Below, in pieces: positions 9,149 to 16,984 of a stretch of 45,982 nucleotides of DNA. Within the stretch, counting starts at the first letter, position 1; each line of letters starts with the position of its first letter. A program made the translations under genes and the position numbers. The notes below the pieces were generated by a model. The model had not been told where the DNA came from. It made no database searches and worked only from the letters and a program-made list of their open reading frames with translations. This stretch comes from a virus (lineage: Duplodnaviria > Heunggongvirae > Uroviricota > Caudoviricetes), in IMG/VR virus record IMGVR_UViG_2627853872_000003, one strand, 5' to 3'.

Positions 9149-9616
9149 ATGACAATGATCGTGCCCGCCCCCGCTGTGCGGGTGTTCAACGCCGACTATT
9201 CGTTCCTCGACACCGTGCGCTGGCAAGACGCGGTCGGCATGCTTCTACGCGACGTGGCGTACGCGCTCGAGGCCCACGTGCCCCCGCGCATCGTCCGCTC
9301 GCCGAACGCGGAGGTGGAGGTGCCCAAGTCGCTTCTGCTGACTCGGTACGCCCCTGTCCCCTACCGGCGTGATCCGGAGTTCGCCTCGCGTGCCGAGATT
9401 CTGCGCAGGGACAACTACCTGTGCCAGTACATCGGCTGCGGAGCCAAGGCCACCACGATCGATCACGTGTTCCCGCGTTCGCGCGGCGGCGCACCGTCAA
9501 CGTGGACGAACCAGGTAGGCGCGTGCGAGCCGTGCAACGGCCGCAAGGCAGACCGCACGCCGGAGGAAGCGGGTATGAAGCTGATCCGTGAACCGTTCCG
9601 ACCAGCGCACATCTGA
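9149..9616 (+). CDS. HNH endonuclease
   Basis: RRDNYLCQYIGC..TIDHVFPRSRGG..N...ACEPCNGRK; AAGGAGG RBS. Confidence 0.92.
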   Translation: MTMIVPAPAVRVFNADYSFLDTVRWQDAVGMLLRDVAYALEAHVPPRIVRSPNAEVEVPKSLLLTRYAPVPYRRDPEFASRAEILRRDNYLCQYIGCGAKATTIDHVFPRSRGGAPSTWTNQVGACEPCNGRKADRTPEEAGMKLIREPFRPAHI

Positions 9617-9660
9617 CGACGGGGAACAGACCCGTGACGGCTCGGAGAGACGAGTTTCCT

Positions 9661-9735
9661 GGTCCGTTCGTCTAGTTGGCCCAAGACACCTGGTTCTCAA
9701 CCAGAAGATCACCGGTTCGAATCCGGTACGGACTA
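9661..9735 (+). tRNA. tRNA-Glu(CTC)
   Basis: Cloverleaf; loop TT-CTC-AA. Confidence 0.9.
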
Positions 9736-9872
9736 CGTTAAGTGGCGTTGAAATCGGGTTTGATTCCCGCAGGCCGATGGTGTGCCTGGTTGGTGTGGTG
9801 CCGCACGTCATGTGAGAGCCGTGAAAATCGGCGAAAACTCTACCGCTGCTGATCAATCCGCAAGTAGAGCAT

Positions 9873-9948
9873 GGTCCCGAAGCTGAACTGGTTCAAGCGC
9901 TCGGTTGAAGCCCAAGAGATGGCGGTTCGATTCCGTCCGGGACCACCA
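9873..9948 (+). tRNA. tRNA-Phe(GAA), CCA encoded, atypical (A8, anticodon-stem mismatch)
   Basis: Perfect acceptor stem; loop TT-GAA-GC. Confidence 0.8.
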
Positions 9949-9950
9949 GT

Positions 9951-10038
9951 GTCGATGTGGCGGAACGGAATACGCACTAGCTTGAGGTGCTAGCGCCCTA
10001 TTACGGGTATGCAGGTTCGACTCCTGTCATCGACACCA
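9951..10038 (+). tRNA. tRNA-Leu(GAG), CCA encoded
   Basis: Cloverleaf with long variable arm. Confidence 0.9.
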
Positions 10039-10039
10039 A

Positions 10040-10112
10040 GCCGCGGTAGCTCAGTAGAGAGAGCACCTGCCTACGAAGCAGGGGGCCGGGGGTTCAAATC
10101 CCTCTCGCGGTA
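10040..10112 (+). tRNA. tRNA-Arg(ACG)
   Basis: Cloverleaf; loop CT-ACG-AA. Confidence 0.9.
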
Positions 10113-10133
10113 CTGAGACTGACAGTCTCTCTA

Positions 10134-10207
10134 CGACTCATAGCTCAGCTGGTTAGAGCGCCGCTCTGATAAGGCGGAGGTCTGGGGTTCAAGTCCCTGT
10201 GAGTCGA
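10134..10207 (+). tRNA. tRNA-Ile(GAT)
   Basis: Cloverleaf; loop CT-GAT-AA. Confidence 0.9.
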
Positions 10208-10252
10208 CAGCCGCTATTCTCTGCAAGGGCACCCAGCGTCAGGAGAGTTCCT

Positions 10253-10618
10253 GTGGGTAATCACCTCCCGGAGACGAAACGTCGGCTTCAAGCCGAATAT
10301 CGATCACGCAATGTAGAGAAGCTACGTTGCGCAAGCAGACAGCGGCGAGCTGCAATCAAAGATGAGGCCCTAACGCAATACGGCAGATGCTGTGCCTGTT
10401 GCGGATTCGACAATCCTTTGGCACTCGTTGTAGACCACGTGGATGACAACGGGGCTGAGGAGCGAAAGGCTCTCGGCGGGCAGCATTTCGCAGGATGGAA
10501 CTTCTACTCACATTTGCGGAGGCAAGGGTGGCCCGCTGGCTATCAGACTCTCTGCGCGAATTGCAACATGATCAAGCAGCAGACCTTGCTGCAGAATGCC
10601 GGTGTAGCTCAGCGGTAG
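10253..10618 (+). CDS. HNH-like endonuclease; stop lies inside tRNA-Asp
   Basis: CACCG..LVVDHV..LCANCNMIK; AGGAG RBS before GTG 10253. Confidence 0.8.
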   Translation: MGNHLPETKRRLQAEYRSRNVEKLRCASRQRRAAIKDEALTQYGRCCACCGFDNPLALVVDHVDDNGAEERKALGGQHFAGWNFYSHLRRQGWPAGYQTLCANCNMIKQQTLLQNAGVAQR

Positions 10619-10669
10619 AGCGTCCGCCTGTCGAGCGGAGGGCCGCGGGTTCAAGTCCCGTCACTGGCG
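10598..10669 (+). tRNA. tRNA-Asp(GTC)
   Basis: Cloverleaf; G73. Confidence 0.9.
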
Positions 10670-10697
10670 CCCGTGGTGCATTTTGAGCACCGTTTTC

Positions 10698-10774
10698 AGT
10701 CTCGTAGCTCAGTTGGAAGAGCACCTGGTTTACACCCAGGGTTGTCGGGGGTTCGAATCCCTCCGGGACTACCA
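10698..10774 (+). tRNA. tRNA-Val(TAC), CCA encoded
   Basis: Cloverleaf; loop TT-TAC-AC. Confidence 0.9.
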
Positions 10775-10775
10775 T

Positions 10776-10856
10776 GCCGGCACGGCGCAGAGGCGAGGCG
10801 CAGCGGCCTGTAAAGCCGTTCTTTCGGGTGAGTGGGTTCAATTCCTTCTGCCGGCA
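10776..10856 (+). tRNA. tRNA-Tyr(GTA), C8
   Basis: Cloverleaf with extended variable region; loop CT-GTA-AA. Confidence 0.85.
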
Positions 10857-10887
10857 CCGGGCCCGCGTCGGCCTCAACGACGCGAAA

Positions 10888-10961
10888 CGGGATGTGGCGC
10901 AGCTTGGTAGCGCATCTGCTTTGGGAGCAGAGGGTCGCACGTTCAAATCGTGTCATCCCGA
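10888..10961 (+). tRNA. tRNA-Pro(TGG)
   Basis: Cloverleaf; C1-G72. Confidence 0.9.
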
Positions 10962-10975
10962 CAAACAAGATTTCA

Positions 10976-11048
10976 GCCCGCGTAGCTCAGTGGATAGAGC
11001 GCCTGCCTCCGAAGCAGGAGGCCCCGAGTTCAACTCTCGGCGTGGGTA
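10976..11048 (+). tRNA. tRNA-Arg(CCG)
   Basis: Cloverleaf; loop CT-CCG-AA. Confidence 0.9.
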
Positions 11049-11071
11049 CTATTCCTGATCAGGGAGAACAC

Positions 11072-11145
11072 TGCCCCTATGGTGTAAGTTGGTAGCACTC
11101 TTGGCTTTTACCCTTGAAACGTCGGTTCGAACCCGGCTGGGGCAC
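11072..11145 (+). tRNA. Degenerate tRNA-Lys(TTT)
   Basis: D and T arms intact; two U-U mismatches in anticodon stem; acceptor register irregular. Confidence 0.6.
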
Positions 11146-11195
11146 GGTGAGAACGACACAAATTTTGCGCCGAACTCTTTGTCGGATGCAGTTTT

Positions 11196-11627
11196 ATGAT
11201 CGAGACCATGTGCAAGTGTGGCGAATGTAAGACCTGCAAGCGACGAGTAGTCGATCGCCGTAGGTACGAGAATAATCCCCTTCGCCGCGAGATGATCGCA
11301 GACAGGTGCGAGCGTAACCGTGCTGCGAAGCGTGCAATAGTCGAGCAGTACCTTGTCACCCATCCGTGCGTGGATTGCGGTGAGGCTGATCCGATTGTTC
11401 TTGAATTCGACCACGTTCGGGGCGAAAAGGCATCCAACATCTCGGACTTAGTCGTATCCGGCGGCCTGAGGAAGTTGATGGATGAGATTGCGAAGTGTGA
11501 TGTCCGCTGCGCCAACTGTCATCGACGAGCTACCTATATGCGACGACTGAAGGATGCGGGGCTCGGGCGGTACAGCAATCCGTACGAACTCCAATCCCAA
11601 CGAGTTTCACATGCGTCCGTGGTCTAG
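11196..11627 (+). CDS. HNH-like endonuclease; stop lies inside tRNA-Trp
   Basis: PCVDCGEADPIVLEFDHVRG..KCDVRCANCHRR. Confidence 0.85.
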   Translation: MIETMCKCGECKTCKRRVVDRRRYENNPLRREMIADRCERNRAAKRAIVEQYLVTHPCVDCGEADPIVLEFDHVRGEKASNISDLVVSGGLRKLMDEIAKCDVRCANCHRRATYMRRLKDAGLGRYSNPYELQSQRVSHASVV

Positions 11628-11685
11628 CGGCTAAGACGCCGGTCTCCAAAACCGGAAGACGCAGGTTCAAGTCCTGCCGGGCGTG
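11613..11685 (+). tRNA. tRNA-Trp(CCA)
   Basis: Cloverleaf; G73. Confidence 0.9.
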
Positions 11686-11751
11686 CAAATATCCGACCAT
11701 CGAACGGTGGGCGGATCCAGAGGTCGCGGCGACGGTCGCAGCCTCGTCCAT

Positions 11752-11824
11752 GGCGTCGTGCTGTGATGGCTAGGCACCCGGGTTTTCACCTCGGGACGCG
11801 CGGGTTCAATTCCCGTCGGCGCTA
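11752..11824 (+). tRNA. tRNA-Glu(TTC)
   Basis: Cloverleaf with weak D arm; loop TT-TTC-AC. Confidence 0.8.
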
Positions 11825-11998
11825 CTCGATTTTTCGGCGTGTCGCGACGCCTGGCTGGCCCTTGACGCCGACCTCGAACAAGCTGAATCCGCGAGATCCC
11901 GTGTCAACGCCAACCCCCCGTTATCACCTGGCGAAGGCATCTCCACGACGCCGCATAGTCTCGGACGAGAGGTGACCTGCACGGGATCTCGCGCATAT

Positions 11999-12070
11999 GC
12001 CCCTGTAGCTCAGTGGACAGAGCGGCACGGTCCTAACGTGACGGCCGGCGGTTCGAATCCGTCTGGGGCG
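11999..12070 (+). tRNA. tRNA-Arg(CCT), atypical
   Basis: Loop GT-CCT-AA (G32); acceptor mismatch and shortened T stem. Confidence 0.7.
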
Positions 12071-12205
12071 CGGGCGGCACGACGATGTCGCACACCTCTC
12101 GCATGAGCAGTCTCGGGGCTAGCACCGAACTGCGAGTAATGGCCCGCACAATCTTCGGGAATGATTGGTGCACGGCTTTAGCGGGCAGCATCGGGCGTGA
12201 GTATT

Positions 12206-12281
12206 GGGCTGTTGGCACAGTTGGTAGCACGCTTCCGTGGCGCGGGAGAGGTCACCGGTTCGATCCCGGTACAGTCCACCA
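12206..12281 (+). tRNA. tRNA-Ala(GGC), CCA encoded
   Basis: G3:U70; loop GT-GGC-GC; D stem GCAC/GCAC partly mismatched. Confidence 0.8.
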
Positions 12282-12388
12282 CTTCGATAATCGGCGTGTC
12301 GCGCGGTCGCAGTGGATTCGAGAGTTCTTGCAGCGGAGGCTATATGCCAGTGCTCGAACCGCACCAATCGCCGAACCTTGGAGGGCAT

Positions 12389-12592
12389 ATGAAACTCTGC
12401 GTCACCGCTGTGATCGCGGCGGCACCCTTGTTGATCTTCGCTCCATCCGCCAGCGCGGGGCCGCGCTGCCTCCCAGACCAAACAGCCTGCTGCCCCAGCG
12501 GCTACATAGTGGCCGAACACCCCAGCGGTGCGATGACGTGCTCTCCTGACGTCGATGCCCAGTCCGCCGCCCGAAACAGCATCCCGATTTGA
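12389..12592 (+). CDS. Small secreted Cys-rich protein
   Basis: GGAGG RBS; signal peptide ending ASA-G; 4 Cys in mature part. Confidence 0.7.
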   Translation: MKLCVTAVIAAAPLLIFAPSASAGPRCLPDQTACCPSGYIVAEHPSGAMTCSPDVDAQSAARNSIPI

Positions 12593-12652
12593 TCGGTAGA
12601 CACTCCACCTCCGCAGTGTGCGCCGCTGCGATTCAGAGGTGTCAGGCGCAGG

Positions 12653-12727
12653 AGCGGAGTAGGGCAGCTCGGTCAGCCCGCGTGGCTCATAACCACGAAG
12701 TCGCAGGTTCGAATCCTGCCTCCGCCA
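12653..12727 (+). tRNA. tRNA-Met(CAT), A1xC72 mismatch (initiator-like)
   Basis: Cloverleaf; loop CT-CAT-AA. Confidence 0.85.
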
Positions 12728-12794
12728 CGACGTCCCACATGAGCTGCAACAAGGGATAACAGAGGGCACGACAACACCGATGGTGGTATGAGAC

Positions 12795-13040
12795 ATGGCT
12801 AATGATCCTGGCCGACGAACTGCGGAAAAACGCTCGTGGCGTCGTGAGATTGACGTGGAGGCAACAGCCCAGGTCGAGCCGTTCAACCCGTACGCGCACT
12901 GCATAAGCCTGGTGGAGTGCCGCACAACCTGCGTCTATGTGGGCCAGGGGTGTTCAGAGGTGCACAGGAATCACTATCGAGGTCTCACTGCTGATGAAGG
13001 GGTTCCACCACCCCTAACTCAGCGAGTCAACGCTCCGTAG
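12795..13040 (+). CDS. Hypothetical protein; stop lies inside tRNA(CAT)
   Basis: Fills an inter-tRNA gap; no recognisable domain. Confidence 0.4.
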   Translation: MANDPGRRTAEKRSWRREIDVEATAQVEPFNPYAHCISLVECRTTCVYVGQGCSEVHRNHYRGLTADEGVPPPLTQRVNAP

Positions 13041-13103
13041 CTCAGTTGGTAGAGCTCCGCACTCATAATGCGGAGGTCGCGGGTTCAAGTCCCGCCGGAG
13101 CAA
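13031..13103 (+). tRNA. tRNA(CAT), Met or Ile2, C1xA72 mismatch
   Basis: Cloverleaf; loop CT-CAT-AA. Confidence 0.85.
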
Positions 13104-13185
13104 CGAGTTCTAGCCCCTTGGGGGCCTGAACATTTGGAGGGTGCTTCCGACGAATGGCGCCGTCGATGTGGCGCTGTTCTGCCCT

Positions 13186-13635
13186 TCAGAACTGAATGTT
13201 GGCGCTCACCGAGTATCGATCGAACTGGGAATGTCCGAGCAGGCCGTCGAGAAGCCGGGCACGCTGCATCTCGGGCTCGCTGACCTTCATCCCGATCACG
13301 CCTTTGCCGTCTTCGCTTATGGTGTTTCCGCTCGGCAGAACACAGCGACCGCCATCGACGCTCAAAACAAGATCACGCTGAATGGGCACACCGTTGTATC
13401 GGATGTCGAGCCAGTGGCCGTAAATCTTCTTATCTGGGAATCCGCCAGATTCGGACCATGTCTCGGTCCAAGGCTCACCATCGAGATGGTCCTTGCCCCA
13501 GGCAAGGCTAATTGCGGCGTCCTCGTGAAACACGTACAGCTGCCGGTGACCATCCTCAGTGGTCACATTCTCGACCTTCGTCCAGTCGTCTGGAGAACTC
13601 GCCTCAACCTTTGTGAGGATCGAAAAGTAGTTCAC
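13186..13635 (-). CDS. Hypothetical protein antisense to the array
   Basis: Globular, protein-like 149-aa ORF. Confidence 0.75.
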   Translation of the reverse strand: MNYFSILTKVEASSPDDWTKVENVTTEDGHRQLYVFHEDAAISLAWGKDHLDGEPWTETWSESGGFPDKKIYGHWLDIRYNGVPIQRDLVLSVDGGRCVLPSGNTISEDGKGVIGMKVSEPEMQRARLLDGLLGHSQFDRYSVSANIQF

Positions 13636-13743
13636 GGCTGAAATCTAACCAGGACCAGTCGGATATCACCTGGCTTACGCGAATCTGGCCTGTGCACCTT
13701 TCTTCATCACATCCTGAACCGCCGGATAGCCTCCGGCAGAAAT

Positions 13744-13833
13744 GGAAGACCCACCCGAGGGCTGGCGACGGGCGCTGTCTTGAAAACAGTTGGGGCCGAG
13801 AGGCCCGTGTCGGTTCGATCCCGACGTCTTCCG
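13744..13833 (+). tRNA. tRNA-Ser(TGA), atypical D region
   Basis: Acceptor GGAAGAC/GTCTTCC, long variable arm, G73. Confidence 0.85.
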
Positions 13834-13968
13834 CGCAACCCAACCGGCTCACAACCGCACGGGAACCGCTCGGCTGAGATGCCGGGTGCGGGTGGCTCCG
13901 CCTGCGTGTCCGGGGACAGACGGCGCGTAGACAGCGGCCCGGGCTGGGCCTGTCCCCCGGCTCGCCAT

Positions 13969-14044
13969 GGCGGCGTTAGCTCAGCGGCAGAGCCCCGGTT
14001 TGTGGAACCGGTAGTCGTCGGTTCGATCCCGACACGTCGCCCCA
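13969..14044 (+). tRNA. tRNA-His(GTG) with G-1:C73 and CCA
   Basis: Cloverleaf; His identity pair encoded. Confidence 0.92.
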
Positions 14045-14125
14045 CTGTTCGGTGCGCACTTGGCGGCTAAGCCCACAATCGCGCCGGACACAACCAACCA
14101 CGATGTTGCGACCGATCCTTAGGAC

Positions 14126-14416
14126 ATGCCAACCACCATCTACCCGACCATCCACGGTGATGATCGGAGTCTCGAAGCGATAATCGCCTCGTTCACCGTC
14201 AACGCGACGCTACGTAGCTATCTCGAGGATTTCTTGCCGGGACGACGTGACTTCAACCGGCCATCACACCTCGTCAAGTTTGACGGCGGTTGGATTCTCG
14301 TCTTTTACGTGGACACAGCTGACGACACCGGGTATCTCAAATTCGATTGCTCCGGTGGATCGTATGAGTTCATCGACGCCTACAGAGCACATGCCCTGAC
14401 GGGACGCTGGCTCTGA
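14126..14416 (+). CDS. Hypothetical protein
   Basis: AGGA RBS; protein-like composition. Confidence 0.65.
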   Translation: MPTTIYPTIHGDDRSLEAIIASFTVNATLRSYLEDFLPGRRDFNRPSHLVKFDGGWILVFYVDTADDTGYLKFDCSGGSYEFIDAYRAHALTGRWL

Positions 14417-14526
14417 GACGAGGTCAGCATGATGCACTGGACGGAACCTGACAGGTAAACGTTGTCGACCAGGGTTAGTGCACTAGGCGAGGATCGGGCG
14501 CAGTGCGACCGCGTCTGCACGAGCAT

Positions 14527-14599
14527 GCCTCCGTGGCGCAACGGATAGCGCACCGGCTTTCTACTCCGATGGTTGCCGGTTCGAATCCGGCCGGGGGCA
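14527..14599 (+). tRNA. tRNA-Arg(TCT), weak anticodon stem
   Basis: Good acceptor, D and T arms; 3 of 5 anticodon-stem pairs. Confidence 0.7.
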
Positions 14600-14679
14600 C
14601 CGAGTTCGACACCGACACCGGCGTGTCGTCACCGTCTCGGCACAACAACAGAGCGTGCCGGACAGCATCGAAAGATCCA

Positions 14680-14757
14680 CGGGCTGTGGGAAAGCTTGGT
14701 CAATCCGCCTGGCTGGGGGCCAGGAAATCGCGCGTTCGAATCGCGCCAGCCCGACCA
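14680..14757 (+). tRNA. tRNA-Pro(GGG), CCA encoded
   Basis: Cloverleaf; loop CT-GGG-GG. Confidence 0.9.
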
Positions 14758-14803
14758 GCGTGGCGGAAAGCCTGTCGCGCGAAAACACACGAAGGGAGGA
14801 GCC

Positions 14804-15994
14804 GTGAGCACACAATTCCCCGTCACGATGCGCGGGGCAGACAACGTCGCACTCTGGGCGTACGAGCATGAGATCGAGCCGGCCGCCCTGAACCAGTTGC
14901 GCAACATCGCCGCTCTCGGGCCGGTTGCCAAGGTAGCAGTGATGCCAGATGTCCACTTGGGCAAGGGCGCCACGGTCGGATCCGTCATCGCGATGCGAGA
15001 TGCGGTCTCCCCCTCGGCGGTCGGCGTCGATATCGGTTGTGGTGTCTGCGGCGTCCGAACGTCTCTTTCAGCCCACGATCTCCCGGATGATCTGTCCGGG
15101 CTGCGCTCCGCGGTGGAGGCAGCGATTCCGGTCGGGTTCAACTCGCACGAGCGGGCCGTGAACGTCCAGCGTCTCGGGCTGCGCACTGCTGACCACGATC
15201 GACTCTGGCAGTCGGCCAAGGCGATTTACGCCAACGTTGACCCGTTCGGTGGTCGTGCCCCGCGCCAGCTCGGCACGCTCGGTGGCGGCAACCATTTCCT
15301 CGAGGTGTGCCTGGACGGCGAGGACCGCGTATGGCTTACCCTCCATTCAGGATCGCGTAACGTCGGCAAGGAGCTGGCTGAGCGACACATCACGGTCGCA
15401 AAGGGCCTGCCGCACAACGCAGATCTACCGGATCGAGACCTGGCGTTCTTCTACGCGAACACCCCGGAGATGGACGCTTACCTCTACGACCTGACGTGGG
15501 CGCAGCAGTACGCCGCGCTGTCGAGGCAGGTGATGATGGCGCTGTTCCGCACCGTACTCAGCGAGGCCTTCGCAGGAGTGCGGTTCACCGACGAGATCAA
15601 CGTGCACCACAACTACGTGCGCCGCGAGACTGTTGGCGGTGAGGAGTTCATCGTCACCCGCAAGGGGGCTATTCGCGCAGGATCTGACGAACTGGCGCTG
15701 ATCCCCGGCAGCATGGGTACGGGCTCGTACGTGGTGCGCGGTTTGGGTAACCCTGAGTCGTTGTTCTCAGCCTCGCACGGGGCGGGTCGCAAGATGAGCC
15801 GCTCCGCCGCCAAACGGACATTCACCGTCGAGGATCTGGCAGAACAGACCGCCGGCATCGAGTGCCGAAAGGACGCTGGTGTCGTCGACGAGATTCCCGG
15901 GGCCTACAAGGACATCCACGGTGTCATCGCCGCTCAGGACAACCTCGTCGCCGTAGTGGCGCACCTGCGCACCATCCTCTGTGTGAAGGGCTAA
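14804..15994 (+). CDS. rtcB: RtcB RNA 3'-phosphate/5'-OH ligase
   Basis: MPDVH, GVDIGCG, LGTLGGGNHF, HSGSR, HHNY, IPGSMG, SHGAGR, DEIPGAYKDI; GGGAGGA RBS before GTG 14804. Confidence 0.97.
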   Translation: MSTQFPVTMRGADNVALWAYEHEIEPAALNQLRNIAALGPVAKVAVMPDVHLGKGATVGSVIAMRDAVSPSAVGVDIGCGVCGVRTSLSAHDLPDDLSGLRSAVEAAIPVGFNSHERAVNVQRLGLRTADHDRLWQSAKAIYANVDPFGGRAPRQLGTLGGGNHFLEVCLDGEDRVWLTLHSGSRNVGKELAERHITVAKGLPHNADLPDRDLAFFYANTPEMDAYLYDLTWAQQYAALSRQVMMALFRTVLSEAFAGVRFTDEINVHHNYVRRETVGGEEFIVTRKGAIRAGSDELALIPGSMGTGSYVVRGLGNPESLFSASHGAGRKMSRSAAKRTFTVEDLAEQTAGIECRKDAGVVDEIPGAYKDIHGVIAAQDNLVAVVAHLRTILCVKG

Positions 15995-16166
15995 GTCGCA
16001 TAGCGGAAACCCCTGATGGGTTGAGACAGCATGCGCGAGGTGCGGCACGTCGATGCCAGCGTGTCGTACCTCGTGCTTGGCGACAGTGCGGCGGCATGGC
16101 ACCGTTGTGACAAGCACAGGCGCGTGCCTCGTCATCTGATGCAGACCCACGACAGGAGAGCCGATC

Positions 16167-16394
16167 GTGAATATGCCGTCCAGCAACAAGGTCATCGAAG
16201 AGCTCGGGGACTATGTCAACGACCCGGCCAATGCTTCAGTTATGGATGTCTTCCGGGAGATCGGCGAGCGGGGACGGATGTTGCACACCGCGGAGATCGC
16301 TTCTGATCCGGAGTGGTTCGCACGGAGATTCGTTGCGTGGATTCGAGCAGGGGCGCCGGCATGCAGCAGACAAGCTCTCAACCCCGACAACTAG
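16167..16394 (+). CDS. Hypothetical protein
   Basis: AGGAG RBS; protein-like. Confidence 0.5.
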   Translation: MNMPSSNKVIEELGDYVNDPANASVMDVFREIGERGRMLHTAEIASDPEWFARRFVAWIRAGAPACSRQALNPDN

Positions 16395-16483
16395 CTCAAC
16401 AGTCCAACTGACGAGTTGTGTGCTCTGCCACCACGCCGTGTACCAGCGTGGGCACGGAATCACTTCAATGTGCGGAGACAAGA

Positions 16484-16723
16484 ATGCGGAAACCCGATGG
16501 TCGATCAATGGCGGCCCTCAAGAAACTTGAGCAGCAGAACAACCGACTCAAGTCCTCCTATCACACCGCGAGCGAGAAGCGTGCGATGAAGGCCGCACGC
16601 GAGAAGCGGCAAGCTACGCGAGCCGAAGCTAGTGCGGAAGAGCTTCAGGAGATGTTGGACGCCGATATACGTTGGCTCGACAGTCTTGGCCCCAGGCTCA
16701 GCCAAAAAAGGTCTGACACCTAG
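16484..16723 (+). CDS. Small basic helical protein
   Basis: GGAG RBS; charged coiled-coil-like sequence. Confidence 0.5.
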   Translation: MRKPDGRSMAALKKLEQQNNRLKSSYHTASEKRAMKAAREKRQATRAEASAEELQEMLDADIRWLDSLGPRLSQKRSDT

Positions 16724-16788
16724 CCTTCGGCAACACTTCCCAACTTGAACATTGAGCTGGCCCAGCTCCACCCGCGTCAGCGGGTTCT

Positions 16789-16862
16789 GTCTCCGTGGCC
16801 GAGTGGTTAGGCAGCGGCCTGCAAAGCCGTCTACGCCGGTTCAAATCCGGCCGGAGACTCCA
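16789..16862 (+). tRNA. tRNA-Cys(GCA), CCA encoded
   Basis: Cloverleaf; U73. Confidence 0.92.
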
Positions 16863-16884
16863 CACTGGTCCACCGGCCAGCAGC

Positions 16885-16958
16885 GCCCCCATAGCTCAGT
16901 TGGCCAGAGCGGCTCACTCGTAATGAGCAGGTCACCGGTTCGATTCCGGTTGAGGGCT
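16885..16958 (+). tRNA. tRNA-Thr(CGT)
   Basis: Cloverleaf; loop CT-CGT-AA. Confidence 0.9.
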
Positions 16959-16984
16959 CAAACGGACACGTGCAGTGTCTGATT

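Noticed and set aside
9800-9872. Hammerhead ribozyme (GCCG stem followed by CGGC-GAAA)
   Set aside because: No CUGANGA upstream of the stem and no A15.1-U16.1 pair or NUH site
11834-12303. Repeated TCGGCGTGTCGCG after tRNA-Glu and tRNA-Ala (similar at ~14620)
   Set aside because: Short GC-rich motif common in actinobacterial intergenic DNA; cannot be distinguished from background
13861-13960. Extra tRNA-Ser
   Set aside because: No T-loop or acceptor stem; kept only as a structured spacer
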